A stretch of DNA of 64,000 nucleotides from an uncultured bacterium (GCA_963766885.1 CAVYBO010000001.1:4352-68351); one strand, 5' to 3'. Counted from the first letter of the stretch, positions 37,946-47,801 are shown. Made by a program: numbers and translations. Notes: generated by a model from the letters alone, not told the origin.

Positions 37946-37974
37946 AAAAACGAGCTCTTGTAAGAGCTCGTTTT
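37946..37974. terminator. Palindromic hairpin plus T-run upstream of hisG
   Basis: aaaaacgagctcttgtaagagctcgtttt. Confidence 0.5.
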
Positions 37975-38021
37975 GCTATGTAGCAAAATCAGTACATTCA
38001 ACAACAAATGAAAGGATAAGT

Positions 38022-38921
38022 ATGAAACAGATACCAATAAGCGTAGTAGTACCAGACGGTTCAATGCAACCAGTTGTAATGGACCTTCTTGCAAAAGCGG
38101 GTATGCCAGTGAAAGTGAGTAAACGGAGCAAAGAGGGAAAAATCGAAGGTGGTTGGATAGACAAGTTTTTCTTCCAACGGCCACAGGAAATTCCTCTCTA
38201 TCTCAACGCTGGCAATTTCGATTTAGCAATTGTCGGCGAAGATTGGATTGCCAACTGGGGATTCAAGTTTCCGGTTCTGCTTAAACTTCCGATTGGACAA
38301 AGTGGCAACAGAAAACCTGTGAAAATTGTTCTGGCAGTAAGTCAGGACAGCGGTCTCACACTGCTTCAGAATTTTCCACAGGGCTCTGAAGTTGCAACTG
38401 AATATGTCGAGTTGGCGAAGAGGTATTTCGCCAACAGATGTAGGTCAGATATTCGCGTCATGCCATCATATGGCAACACGGAACAAAAAATCCGATTCGG
38501 AGCAACAGCAATCATTGATGTAACTGAGACGGGAGAATCGCTTCGGGAAAACAATCTTGTAATTATTGACGAGATTATGGAATCAAACACCGTTCTGGTG
38601 GCCAATCCTGCGTCTCTCAACAATGAATACATTAAGCCAAACATGGATCTCTTCACCGAACTTGTCAAAGGAGCCTTTGAGGCTTCCGGATATGTTCTGG
38701 TGGTGTCGAATGTGCCCGAAAAAGTGCTCAAGAAGGTAAGTCGCATCCTTGGCGGCTTAAAAGGTCCTTCATGCTCGCCTCTTATCGGAAAAGGAAAAGG
38801 TCGTTTTGCACTGCAGTCCGTTATTCCAAGGGAGAAAGAACAGGAGGTTGTTCGCAACCTACGGCAAATTGGAGTGACAGACATCTTTGTGATCCGAGAC
38901 ATTCCTCTCATCATGAGTTAA
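38022..38921 (+). CDS. hisG: ATP phosphoribosyltransferase, long form (HisG) with C-terminal regulatory domain; unit 7 cargo, GC-rich
   Basis: DLAIVGEDWI and ATAIIDVTETGESLRENNL segments align with HisG signature regions; 299 aa equals long-form length. Confidence 0.6.
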   Translation: MKQIPISVVVPDGSMQPVVMDLLAKAGMPVKVSKRSKEGKIEGGWIDKFFFQRPQEIPLYLNAGNFDLAIVGEDWIANWGFKFPVLLKLPIGQSGNRKPVKIVLAVSQDSGLTLLQNFPQGSEVATEYVELAKRYFANRCRSDIRVMPSYGNTEQKIRFGATAIIDVTETGESLRENNLVIIDEIMESNTVLVANPASLNNEYIKPNMDLFTELVKGAFEASGYVLVVSNVPEKVLKKVSRILGGLKGPSCSPLIGKGKGRFALQSVIPREKEQEVVRNLRQIGVTDIFVIRDIPLIMS

Positions 38922-38949
38922 TTGTTTATTTGTGCTATGACACACAAAC

Positions 38950-39139
38950 CCACCTCGTTAAAACGAAGCGGGTATTTTTTTATTTAAAACTTTTTATCAA
39001 CTTCAACTTCTCTCTAACACCTGCCATATACTCCTGATCAGAAAGTATTGTTATAAAAGGGTAACCGTAGTCGCCCAGCATTTTTAAAGCCTTATTTTTA
39101 AGTATATTTTCGGAATGGGTCTAGAGAGAATCGGACTTT
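38950..39139 (+). repeat. Tail type B (unit 7: terminator hairpin, tatttttttatttaaaac..., ...ggtaaccgtagtcgccca) plus spacer plus head R variant (gggtctagagagaatcggacttt)
   Basis: Second copy of tail B at 49905-50034. Confidence 0.65.
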
Positions 39140-39143
39140 ATTT

Positions 39144-39518
39144 CTAATGGGAATGTCCTTCCTCTCTATTCAACTCATGCACCTGATAATGCACAAGTTC
39201 TTGCAAAGCGACATATCCGAAACGAATAATTACAGCTCCGATACCTACAGTCATCCATGAACATAAAATATTCAATAGAAATGAATAAGGAATATAAAAT
39301 CTGAAAGGTGGCAGCCAATCGTGCAGAGGATTGAAAATAATCACAAAAAATAAACTAATCCAGAAAGTAAAACAAAAACCGCAGTTCAATGCTTTCCTGA
39401 AAAACCATGGAAGGGAATGTGTAAACTGTTTTAGTTTGGGTAAATCGTGTAAAAGATTTCTCCAGAGCACTGCAATTCCTGCTATCGTTAAAATTGAAAA
39501 AATATAATCTGTGAACAT
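39144..39518 (-). CDS. Hypothetical integral membrane protein; unit 8, antisense
   Basis: 124 aa, about 4 TM. Confidence 0.4.
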   Translation of the reverse strand: MFTDYIFSILTIAGIAVLWRNLLHDLPKLKQFTHSLPWFFRKALNCGFCFTFWISLFFVIIFNPLHDWLPPFRFYIPYSFLLNILCSWMTVGIGAVIIRFGYVALQELVHYQVHELNREEGHSH

Positions 39519-39612
39519 TTAATTTTGCTTTTAATAATAAATTTTTAGATTCGTATAAAAATTGCGTTCGGAATTTCTTCCAAGAACGCAGTGTATTCGT
39601 GAGGTGTGATAT

Positions 39613-40263
39613 TTACACCAAACCGATTGCTTCGCCAGCTTCAGGTGAGATGCCCATGTTGAAAGGCATCCGCAAGCCGATGAGCAACATTGACTCCGAG
39701 AGTAGGTGTGACAGGAACGCTTGCGATGCTTCACCAATTGCGGTGTCATGCAAACGAACCATGATTCCACCGATGCCTTCCGCCGTCGCAGGCGCCACAT
39801 CACATCCGCAGTCGCAGTTGTGGTTGAGCACCATGCCAGTGTTGGCGTGGATGACGGATTGGATGTGCATGAACAACCGAAACACTTTGCCGATGGCGTG
39901 CAGGTGGGTATCAACCACAAACCATGGAAACGGCAGCTTGTCCTTCTGGCTGATGATGGTCGCATGCTGCTGCGGGTTCTCACGGGTGCCGAGATAACAG
40001 AGCGAATACCAGAGCGTGGAAGGAATCCGAGCTCCGAATTGTTCCGACAACTCGGCAATTGCCCTGACCATCGCTTGCTTCAGCTTGAAATCGGGGTCAT
40101 CGTGCCTGAAGGCGAAGTGATTCGGGTCAAAGGAGTTTGTGAACCCCAGTCCGACATAGTTGAGCATCACTTCGGCGACTTCGTGCATGTCCACGGTTTC
40201 GCCTTGAATGGTGACCCTGATGCCTTCGGCCGCGAGCATGAAGCCGCGAGCACGCAGAAGCAA
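39613..40263 (-). CDS. Hypothetical protein, GC-rich; unit 8, antisense
   Basis: 216-aa ORF; overlapping + strand ORFs judged antisense artefacts. Confidence 0.4.
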   Translation of the reverse strand: MLLRARGFMLAAEGIRVTIQGETVDMHEVAEVMLNYVGLGFTNSFDPNHFAFRHDDPDFKLKQAMVRAIAELSEQFGARIPSTLWYSLCYLGTRENPQQHATIISQKDKLPFPWFVVDTHLHAIGKVFRLFMHIQSVIHANTGMVLNHNCDCGCDVAPATAEGIGGIMVRLHDTAIGEASQAFLSHLLSESMLLIGLRMPFNMGISPEAGEAIGLV

Positions 40264-40541
40264 ATCGGGGTCAATGGTTTTCTCAAGACTCGGCCATGGT
40301 TCGGGAAGCCGAACGGGTTGACGCAGGTCAACGGGACGTAATCGCTGGACGGTAGTTTGGATGTAGTGGTAGTGACGGTAGTGTAGCAGTCATTGGATTG
40401 GTTGTTTGTGTTTTTGCCTCAAGATTCAAAGACCTTGTTTTGTAAATGCAAACGATTTGCAAATACCTTGCAATACTATACACAAACAAAAATGTTAATG
40501 CAAATGGTTTGCGTTAAGAATGAGTATCGGTTACAAACGCG

Positions 40542-40670
40542 GGAATGTAGATTGTTGCATCATTTAACCTCTCAAAAACAGTTCTAACATCCTCTACTAC
40601 GTCGCCCAGCATTTTTAAAGCCTTATTTTTAAGTATATTTTCGGATAGGTCTAAAGAGAATCGGACTTTT
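40542..40670 (+). repeat. Tail L (unit 8) plus spacer plus head R (unit 9)
   Basis: gggaatgtagattgttgcatcatttaacctctcaaaaacagttctaacatcctctactacgtcgccca...aggtctaaagagaatcggactttt. Confidence 0.7.
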
Positions 40671-40729
40671 CGTGAATTTCAACTAAAAAAGTTTCAACAT
40701 CGTATCAAACACCCAGTTCATTATAGAAA

Positions 40730-41074
40730 TTGCAAAAGCAATCTATATATGTAATATGGTGGTCAGATATGATTTATTATCCAACACCAGACAAGGCCGA
40801 GAGAACCGCTCTCCAGGTTGGGGATGTTATTTCAGTAACACTGAAAGGTGATGTGTCGGTATTAAGAGATAAGAACCCTCTAAAACTCGTCGAAGACGAG
40901 GAAAGTTGTGCTGGCTACTCGTTTCTCAGTACCCTACCTGCTAAAACGAAAATCACACACGATTTTGCTTTGTTTCTAGCAAGGCAGGTGGCTTCAATTG
41001 CCAATCTCGACGTTTCTGATGACATCCAGTTCACTGACGAAGGTTACTTTGCCTTCAATGTGATTCAAAGGTGA
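40730..41074 (+). CDS. Hypothetical protein; unit 9
   Basis: 114-aa ORF. Confidence 0.35.
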   Translation: MQKQSIYVIWWSDMIYYPTPDKAERTALQVGDVISVTLKGDVSVLRDKNPLKLVEDEESCAGYSFLSTLPAKTKITHDFALFLARQVASIANLDVSDDIQFTDEGYFAFNVIQR

Positions 41075-41181
41075 GTTTACGACTCACTATTTTTTATATA
41101 TGGATTTCACAATCTTCGTTCCAACATTGTCCCAAACCTCTCGTTTGACAGAAAGAATTTTTACGTATAGAAATAGGTTAA

Positions 41182-41484
41182 ATGCGCATTGTTTATTTCA
41201 CTTACGTGGTATCCATGGGAAGCCACGGTGGAGGTTATCGTCAGGGAGGAAGCAAACTGAAACACGGTTTGTTGAATTTGAAGAAAGGGGAATTGAGCAC
41301 ATTCTCACACTGCCAACCTCAAATTGAGCAGGAGTTGCAGAGACTGAACATTCAGTTCAGTGATATCGTCTCTCCGGATAGCAAACAGTTCAACGGTTCT
41401 CTGTGTTACCAATACATCACCGATGAAGCTGAAATTCGAGAACTTCAAGAGGACACCTCCATTGAAGTCCGTATTGGCTTCTGA
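41182..41484 (+). CDS. Hypothetical protein; unit 9
   Basis: 100-aa ORF. Confidence 0.3.
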   Translation: MRIVYFTYVVSMGSHGGGYRQGGSKLKHGLLNLKKGELSTFSHCQPQIEQELQRLNIQFSDIVSPDSKQFNGSLCYQYITDEAEIRELQEDTSIEVRIGF

Positions 41485-41552
41485 CTATCGTCACAATTTG
41501 TGGCGAATTTTTTTTATTTAAATCTTACTCAACTTTAATTGTATAAAAGCTC

Positions 41553-41690
41553 GGAATATAGATTGTTGCATCATTTAACCTCTCAAAAATAGTTCTAACA
41601 TCCTCTACTACGTCGCCCATCAGTGGATTTTTCTAAAATATCCTTACTGGGCTTAGACTTTTCAGTTCTAACCAACAGGTTGTTTTTAAT
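41553..41690 (+). repeat. Tail L (unit 9) followed by head type a' (copy 2 of 3)
   Basis: ...cgtcgccca-tcagtggatttttctaaaatatccttactgggcttagacttttcagttctaacc. Confidence 0.65.
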
Positions 41691-41767
41691 TATGGGGGAA
41701 ATGTCAGATACTATTTACTTTAAAATAAGTTATACTTTTTATTATTACGAGCTTAAAAAATAATCGT

Positions 41768-42355
41768 ATGAACAATTTTGAAGGTGCTTCCACACCACCT
41801 GAAGATGAAGAAATTACCGAGAGTGAAAAAATAGAAGCAACTGATGGTTCTGAAAAACCTTTAACGTATAAAGAGAAAACAGAAAGGTTTGAAAAATTGA
41901 TGGAGGAATTAAGGGCAAGTGTTAATGGTTATGAAGAAAAATTTGAGGGTGTGTTAAATTCTATACCTTCGCCCGAAGAGTTGAGCGAACGATATACATC
42001 CCAAGTAAACAGCCCAACTGATGCACTTTCGGGAGCCAAGCTAACTGCCCAGCTTATGTTGCTAAAAGTTGATATGTTGTATCAATACAAAGAATTTGCA
42101 CGCCGTAAGAGTAATCTAATTGATAACAGCAGTAGGAGTAAGCAGGACGCTTTTACTTTTTTCAATGTTCTACCATCCGAAGGTTCAATATCAAAAATTT
42201 TAGAAGGGATGCCACACTCTATTAAAAATGAGGGTATACTGGGCAACAATCTCAATGCCTTGATAGCAGATGAAGCATCAATTTTTTCTAAATTAAAAGA
42301 ATTGAAAGATTTAGACATCTCACCTCGCATTGCTGATATGGCTTATGAATCATAG
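41768..42355 (+). CDS. Hypothetical acidic/coiled-coil protein; unit 10
   Basis: 195-aa ORF. Confidence 0.4.
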   Translation: MNNFEGASTPPEDEEITESEKIEATDGSEKPLTYKEKTERFEKLMEELRASVNGYEEKFEGVLNSIPSPEELSERYTSQVNSPTDALSGAKLTAQLMLLKVDMLYQYKEFARRKSNLIDNSSRSKQDAFTFFNVLPSEGSISKILEGMPHSIKNEGILGNNLNALIADEASIFSKLKELKDLDISPRIADMAYES

Positions 42356-42381
42356 TTAAAAATAAATCAGAATTTACTACA

Positions 42382-43050
42382 ATGAGTATGGAAATGCCGA
42401 CAACAGAAGAATCAAGCGAAGAAGAGGGCGTAATAGACTCTAATCCAGAAAATCAACCAGAAGAAACACCCGAAGTAATTGAACCAGAAGATGAAGCCAA
42501 GAAATCTGAAGTGGTAGAATCAAATCTTGATTCTAAAAAAGAAAGAGTAAGAGAAGAAGAGTTGAAGGAGGGTATCATCACTGTTAAAACTAACTTATCA
42601 AGAATTTCTGAATTATTAGGAAACCTTGCTGGTGAATTTCGTCGCAGAGATAGTGATAGATACACCAAAATAGCAAACTCAACAGACTTTGCTAGGTGCG
42701 GAGAGCAAATAACAGAATTTCTCCATACTCTTTCTGCTGACCAAGTTGATGAATCTGTGGGCAAACTAAAAAACCTTGGCACTATTGCCGATTCATTTAG
42801 TAAAACAGTTTTAAGTATGAATACAGATAATTACCGAGGCACTATAAAGGAGGATGCCGCAAGTCTTTTTAGACTTAAAAGTATTTTTGAGCAAATGCCA
42901 GAATTTATTGGTCGCCTTAAAGATTTAAGTTTCAAGTCAAATCAAAAAGAATTTACTTCTCTGTTTGATTCCTTTAGGAAAATAGGTGAAGGAACTGAAC
43001 GGGCAAAAAATTTCCTAACTAGACTTGGAAATGCAGTTAAAAGAAGATGA
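42382..43050 (+). CDS. Hypothetical acidic protein; unit 10
   Basis: 222-aa ORF. Confidence 0.4.
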   Translation: MSMEMPTTEESSEEEGVIDSNPENQPEETPEVIEPEDEAKKSEVVESNLDSKKERVREEELKEGIITVKTNLSRISELLGNLAGEFRRRDSDRYTKIANSTDFARCGEQITEFLHTLSADQVDESVGKLKNLGTIADSFSKTVLSMNTDNYRGTIKEDAASLFRLKSIFEQMPEFIGRLKDLSFKSNQKEFTSLFDSFRKIGEGTERAKNFLTRLGNAVKRR

Positions 43051-43103
43051 GTCATATTTGGGATTGCATCATATAGTGAGTTGAGAGGTGGGGTAAAACG
43101 CAG

Positions 43104-43183
43104 GAATATAGATTGTCGCATCATTCCTCCTCTCAAAAACAGTTCTAACATCCTCTACTACGTCGCCCCCAAGAGAGAATTAG
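43104..43183 (+). repeat. Tail L (unit 10, core variant GTCGCCCC) plus degenerate head R remnant (aagagagaattag)
   Basis: caggaatatagattgtcgcatcattcctcctctcaaaaacagttctaacatcctctactacgtcgccccc. Confidence 0.6.
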
Positions 43184-43251
43184 TTGAGATAAACACTCCT
43201 TCTAGGAAACTATTTCGCTTTTTTATTTTTACCTTATAATGTAATGTAAAT

Positions 43252-43698
43252 ATGAATAAGTTTTCAATCACGTCTATAATTTTTTCAGTGGTATTTTTCC
43301 TGACTATGGCTTTTCTTACAACTTACGCGATTGCTGCGTCTATCGTGAGTTCCCATATCCATGTGATCAATAGAAATACTCTTAGTAAACCTTTTTCTGG
43401 TATAGTCGAAGGAACAGTCATTGCTACATCTACAACAAGTATAACAATTGATAAAAATATATATCTTGGTAGAACTGCTTCTTCTACAGAAATGACTTTT
43501 GTTTTGATGCCAAATGTCAGGGTACACGAGTATCACGGTGAAAGTGCATCCACAGGTATATCTATAGGATCATCTGTTTCTCTTGTTTTGGAACATCTGG
43601 GTAAAGATGAGGGGAAAGTTTTTGAGATACGGGTTTTGTGGAACGGAGAACATAGAAATGTTTTTACTCATACTGGCAAGAAAGCGAATACTATATGA
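43252..43698 (+). CDS. Hypothetical secreted/membrane-anchored protein; unit 11
   Basis: 148 aa with N-terminal TM; stop overlaps the start of the next gene. Confidence 0.4.
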   Translation: MNKFSITSIIFSVVFFLTMAFLTTYAIAASIVSSHIHVINRNTLSKPFSGIVEGTVIATSTTSITIDKNIYLGRTASSTEMTFVLMPNVRVHEYHGESASTGISIGSSVSLVLEHLGKDEGKVFEIRVLWNGEHRNVFTHTGKKANTI

Positions 43699-46600
43699 GA
43701 TATATAAAGAGTTTAAAATCGATAGTAGTATTTTATTTTCTTTTTATACTACTTGTTTCTTTTGGGTGTATTTTACAACCTTCGACAGCTCATGCTGATA
43801 CGGGACTGGTTGCAGAATGGACTATGGATGATGGGTCAGGAAATATTGCATCTGATTCGTCTGGAAACGGAAATGATCTTGATATAAACGGCAGCGCCAC
43901 ATGGGTGGCAGGTAAAATTCTTGGCGCACTTTCTTTTGATGGCAGTAGTAATTACGCGCACGACGATTCAACATTTAATACTACGCCATCTTCTACCATG
44001 AGCTTGTGTGGCTGGATAAAGACCTCGTCTCCTACAGCTCAGACTATTCTCAGTTTCGGGCGTAATCCAGGTAATTTTACCAACGAGGGTATTTTTAGTG
44101 TTTTGGCCAGCGGGTCAATTCAATTTTGGGACTACAGTAATGGCGGTGGTGGTTTAGGTTTTTCGAGCAGCGCTTCTGGCAGTACGGGCATAGTCGATGA
44201 TGGAAACTGGCATTCGGTATGTTTTGTCAAAAATAATACCGCAGGCACCTATTATATTGATGGAGTAGAAAGTGGTATCACGACTGCAGCAACGAACGTA
44301 GCTTATGACAATACCGACTGGACATTAGGAAAAGATTATCGCGACAACGATAACTATTTCGATGGTCTCATGGACGATATGCGCGTCTACGACATCGCAT
44401 TATCATCCAGTCAGGTCTACTTGCTTTATGGAATAGAGGGCTATTGGAAGTTTGATGAGGGGTCAGGTACGGTAGCCAATGATTCTTCAGGAAATAATAA
44501 TACAGGCACAATTGTAGGTGATCCTACGTGGACAACAGGAAAAGTAGGATATGCTCTTAATTTTGGAAATAATCAATATGTGAGCATTGCTGGTACGCCA
44601 ATTTCTACAGCGATTGCTTCTAGTAGTCAGATGACAGCGACCGCATGGGTATATGCAAATTCTGCCACACCGTGGGGTACCATCATAAAAGATTGGCCAG
44701 ATTATTCGGGCAATGACCAGTTCCATCTGGGCTTTGAAGGAACTACGACTAAAATTTCTGCATATATTGAACAAAGCAATGGCACTATTATTGGTCCTGT
44801 GGAAAGCACGAGCACCTTACCGCTCAATAGTTGGCACCTCGTTGCTATGACTGCAAACGGAAGTTCAACTCTTCTTTATATAGACGGAACGGTGGTTGCT
44901 TCGAGTACGTATGATGGAACCTTGCACCAAGGTGGAAATTATATCGGCATTGGTGCAAAGCTCGATGACACAGGTTTACCAAATGCAGATAACCCAGGTT
45001 ATTTTGATGGAAAGATAGATGATGTTCATCTGTATGATAAAGGACTTTTGCCTGATGATATTCTCACTCTTATGGAAGCTCCACCTGCTCAAGTATCGAA
45101 CCTTCAGGCAACAGGAACATATGCGGGCGGTTTCTCTCTGACGTGGGATCCAAACCCTGTGGGCGATAATGTCACGAATTATGTAATCCAATATTCTACA
45201 GATGGGGGTAATTCTTGGACTCCCGTCGATACTAATTCTAACAGCACAAGCTATGAGTTGAGCGGTATTGGTCCCGGGGACTATCTTTTTCAAGTCAAAG
45301 CCGTCAATACTGTAGGACAGGGTCTACCGTCTACTCAAGTGGAGATCAATTCACCAGCCATTACTTACACGCTGGGTAATGATTGTCTTGCTTTGGAACA
45401 TATTACGACTAATCCGGGCGATGCATATGGGCACTACATTATGTCCTCGAACATTGACTGCTCAGTTGTTCCGAATTTTTCACCGATCAATTTTTCTGTC
45501 TCAGGTTTTGGCGGCACATTTGATGGTGCGGGTCATACGATCACCAATCTCACCATCAGCACCTCAACTATTCAGAATGTTGGATTGTTTAGCCAAATTC
45601 AAAATAGCGGTACTGTAGAAAATCTAACACTTACGAATACCAATGTCACGAGCGGCGAAGCATATTCTGGAATTTTGGCTGGCTATAACAATGGTACTCT
45701 CCAAAATATCTCGGTCTCGGGCACCTCAACTGGTGTGTATGCTGTCGGAGGTCTTGTGGGACAAAACGATGCGCTTGGGGTTATTTCTACCTCAAGTGCT
45801 GATGTGTACGTCATTGCTGATAATAATAGTGGAAATGGAAATGTGGAAGAAGTTGGAGGCTTTGCTGGAGAGAGCGAGGGATCGATCAATGGTTCCCATT
45901 CATTAGGGACAGTTACCAATGCGACGGGTTCTGAAGATTTTTATTATGTGGGAGGCTTTGCTGGCTTTCAGGGTGGTGACTTCACCGATGACTATGCTAC
46001 AGGGCCGATTATCGTAAACGCTGACTCTTCAGGAGAGTCGGATTATATCGGAGGTTTTGTGGGGTATGCCGGCAGTGCCGGATCCATAGATCATTCTTAT
46101 GCTACTGGAAATATCACTGATCCAGATGATTATGTTTATGAGATCGGTGGTTTTGTGGGGGAGTCGAGGGCTCCTCTTAGTGATGATTATGCGACGGGTA
46201 ATATATACGACGATAATGATAGTAACGTCGGCGATTCCTTCTATCTCGGTGGCTTTGCCGGTGGGAGCGATGCGGGTGCGATAAGTAATTGTTATGAGAC
46301 AGGCTCCATCACCATAGCTTTTCCTCAAGATTTTTATTATGTGGGAGGCTTTGCAGGATATACTGAGAATGACGAAATCAGCCAGTCCTACAGCACTGGC
46401 AATGCAGAAGGCAACGAAGCTGTCGCTGGTTTTTCAGGATATAATGAGGCCCTACTTTCTCAGGTCTATTCAAGTGGTAATGTCGTTATGTTTGGAAGTG
46501 GTCCGACATATGCTGGTGGTCTTGTGGCCGACAATGAGGGTGATATAAACGATGCTTTTTCCACAGGCAATATAAGTCTAGATAGCGGAGTGACGGGTAG

Positions 46601-47801
46601 TCCGACAGCGATTGGCGGACTGATCGGTAACAATTCTGATGCAAATATAAATCGAGCATATGCTTCTGGTGATATATCTGCTGGAACAAATAGTTCTTAT
46701 GTTGGTGGCCTCGTCGGGGCAGACTATCAGAATGGTAATGGTATAACAAATTCATATTCAGTCGGTACGGTAAGTGGAGGTACTGACGTTGGAGGATTGA
46801 TTGGCTTTGAATCTATTCAAAGTGCCGGCAATCCTTCATATACCGATTTGGCTTGGTACACTGGGTCGGCTAGCGATGTTGTCGGAGATTTTCTGAGTAA
46901 TAACGGCTCTACGGACAACGGTCCTATATTAAATCTTACTACTGGCGGCTATGGTACCGATGAGAATATAATATCGAATTTCTATGACACCACTGAACCA
47001 GTTTATGCGCAGGGTCAGATGGGTGCATGGGATTTCAGCTCGATTTGGGAATCCCATAAGAATACTTTTCCAACCTTTCAGTGGTTTAGCGCAGCCACTT
47101 ACACTATAACTGCAAGTGCAGGAACTGGTGGTGTCATAAGCAATGAGGGGAGTCTGTCGGTTTTAGATGGTTCAAACCAAAGTTACAATATTACTACGGA
47201 TAACGGTTACACCATTGCAGACGTACTTGTGGACGGTTTGTCTGTTGGTGCTGTTTCTAGTTATACATTCTCAAATATTAGTGCATCACACACCATCTCA
47301 GTAACTTTCTCTGCGATTTTGTCACCGAATGTTTCTCGAAGTGGAGGAAGCGTGCAAAGCCAAGTAAATAATTTAAACTCTTTTGGTGATATAGCAGCTG
47401 CTCAGGTTTTGATAAATCAGTACCCGTATCTTTTCAAAGATTCCACAGCGAGTTCTGGTACAGTTAGTTCAATCCAAGCTCAAATCGCACAACTTCAACA
47501 AGAACTAGTTTCTTTTGGAGACAGTACAACAACCACTGCAACCACAACAGAACTTTTAAGCAATGGCCCTGATTTATATTTTGGTTTAAGTAATCACAAG
47601 GTTAATCTACTACAGCAGTTTTTGGTTCTGGAAGATAAGGGGCAAGAAGCCAATGCTCTGGAGAAAAACGGTTTAACAAATTATTTCGGTAAGCTAACAA
47701 GAGCTGCTTTGGCAGAGTTTCAAAAATCAGTAAGTATAAAACCTGCCGCTGGATATTTTGGTCTGAAGACAAAGGCTTACTTGAAATTGTTAGGATATTA
47801 A
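43695..47801 (+). CDS. Giant (1368 aa) secreted surface protein: two LamG/concanavalin-like domains, an FN3 domain, about 15 GLUG-motif repeats, C-terminal peptidoglycan-binding-like domain
   Basis: Signal peptide; ...LSFDGSSNYA/NFGNNQYV (LamG-like); PPAQVSNL...YVIQYSTDGGNSWTPV (FN3); repeated VGGFAG/IGGFVG/VGGLVG; C-terminus resembles PG_binding_1. Confidence 0.6.
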   Translation: MRYIKSLKSIVVFYFLFILLVSFGCILQPSTAHADTGLVAEWTMDDGSGNIASDSSGNGNDLDINGSATWVAGKILGALSFDGSSNYAHDDSTFNTTPSSTMSLCGWIKTSSPTAQTILSFGRNPGNFTNEGIFSVLASGSIQFWDYSNGGGGLGFSSSASGSTGIVDDGNWHSVCFVKNNTAGTYYIDGVESGITTAATNVAYDNTDWTLGKDYRDNDNYFDGLMDDMRVYDIALSSSQVYLLYGIEGYWKFDEGSGTVANDSSGNNNTGTIVGDPTWTTGKVGYALNFGNNQYVSIAGTPISTAIASSSQMTATAWVYANSATPWGTIIKDWPDYSGNDQFHLGFEGTTTKISAYIEQSNGTIIGPVESTSTLPLNSWHLVAMTANGSSTLLYIDGTVVASSTYDGTLHQGGNYIGIGAKLDDTGLPNADNPGYFDGKIDDVHLYDKGLLPDDILTLMEAPPAQVSNLQATGTYAGGFSLTWDPNPVGDNVTNYVIQYSTDGGNSWTPVDTNSNSTSYELSGIGPGDYLFQVKAVNTVGQGLPSTQVEINSPAITYTLGNDCLALEHITTNPGDAYGHYIMSSNIDCSVVPNFSPINFSVSGFGGTFDGAGHTITNLTISTSTIQNVGLFSQIQNSGTVENLTLTNTNVTSGEAYSGILAGYNNGTLQNISVSGTSTGVYAVGGLVGQNDALGVISTSSADVYVIADNNSGNGNVEEVGGFAGESEGSINGSHSLGTVTNATGSEDFYYVGGFAGFQGGDFTDDYATGPIIVNADSSGESDYIGGFVGYAGSAGSIDHSYATGNITDPDDYVYEIGGFVGESRAPLSDDYATGNIYDDNDSNVGDSFYLGGFAGGSDAGAISNCYETGSITIAFPQDFYYVGGFAGYTENDEISQSYSTGNAEGNEAVAGFSGYNEALLSQVYSSGNVVMFGSGPTYAGGLVADNEGDINDAFSTGNISLDSGVTGSPTAIGGLIGNNSDANINRAYASGDISAGTNSSYVGGLVGADYQNGNGITNSYSVGTVSGGTDVGGLIGFESIQSAGNPSYTDLAWYTGSASDVVGDFLSNNGSTDNGPILNLTTGGYGTDENIISNFYDTTEPVYAQGQMGAWDFSSIWESHKNTFPTFQWFSAATYTITASAGTGGVISNEGSLSVLDGSNQSYNITTDNGYTIADVLVDGLSVGAVSSYTFSNISASHTISVTFSAILSPNVSRSGGSVQSQVNNLNSFGDIAAAQVLINQYPYLFKDSTASSGTVSSIQAQIAQLQQELVSFGDSTTTTATTTELLSNGPDLYFGLSNHKVNLLQQFLVLEDKGQEANALEKNGLTNYFGKLTRAALAEFQKSVSIKPAAGYFGLKTKAYLKLLGY

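Noticed and set aside
39599-40341. Long plus-strand ORFs (39599..39997, 39721..40341) and minus-strand ORFs 48126..48626 and 48744..49337, and 100..585 plus-strand
   Set aside because: They overlap, in antisense or in an alternative frame, better-supported genes in locally GC-rich DNA where stop codons are rare. No motifs, and implausible overlap.
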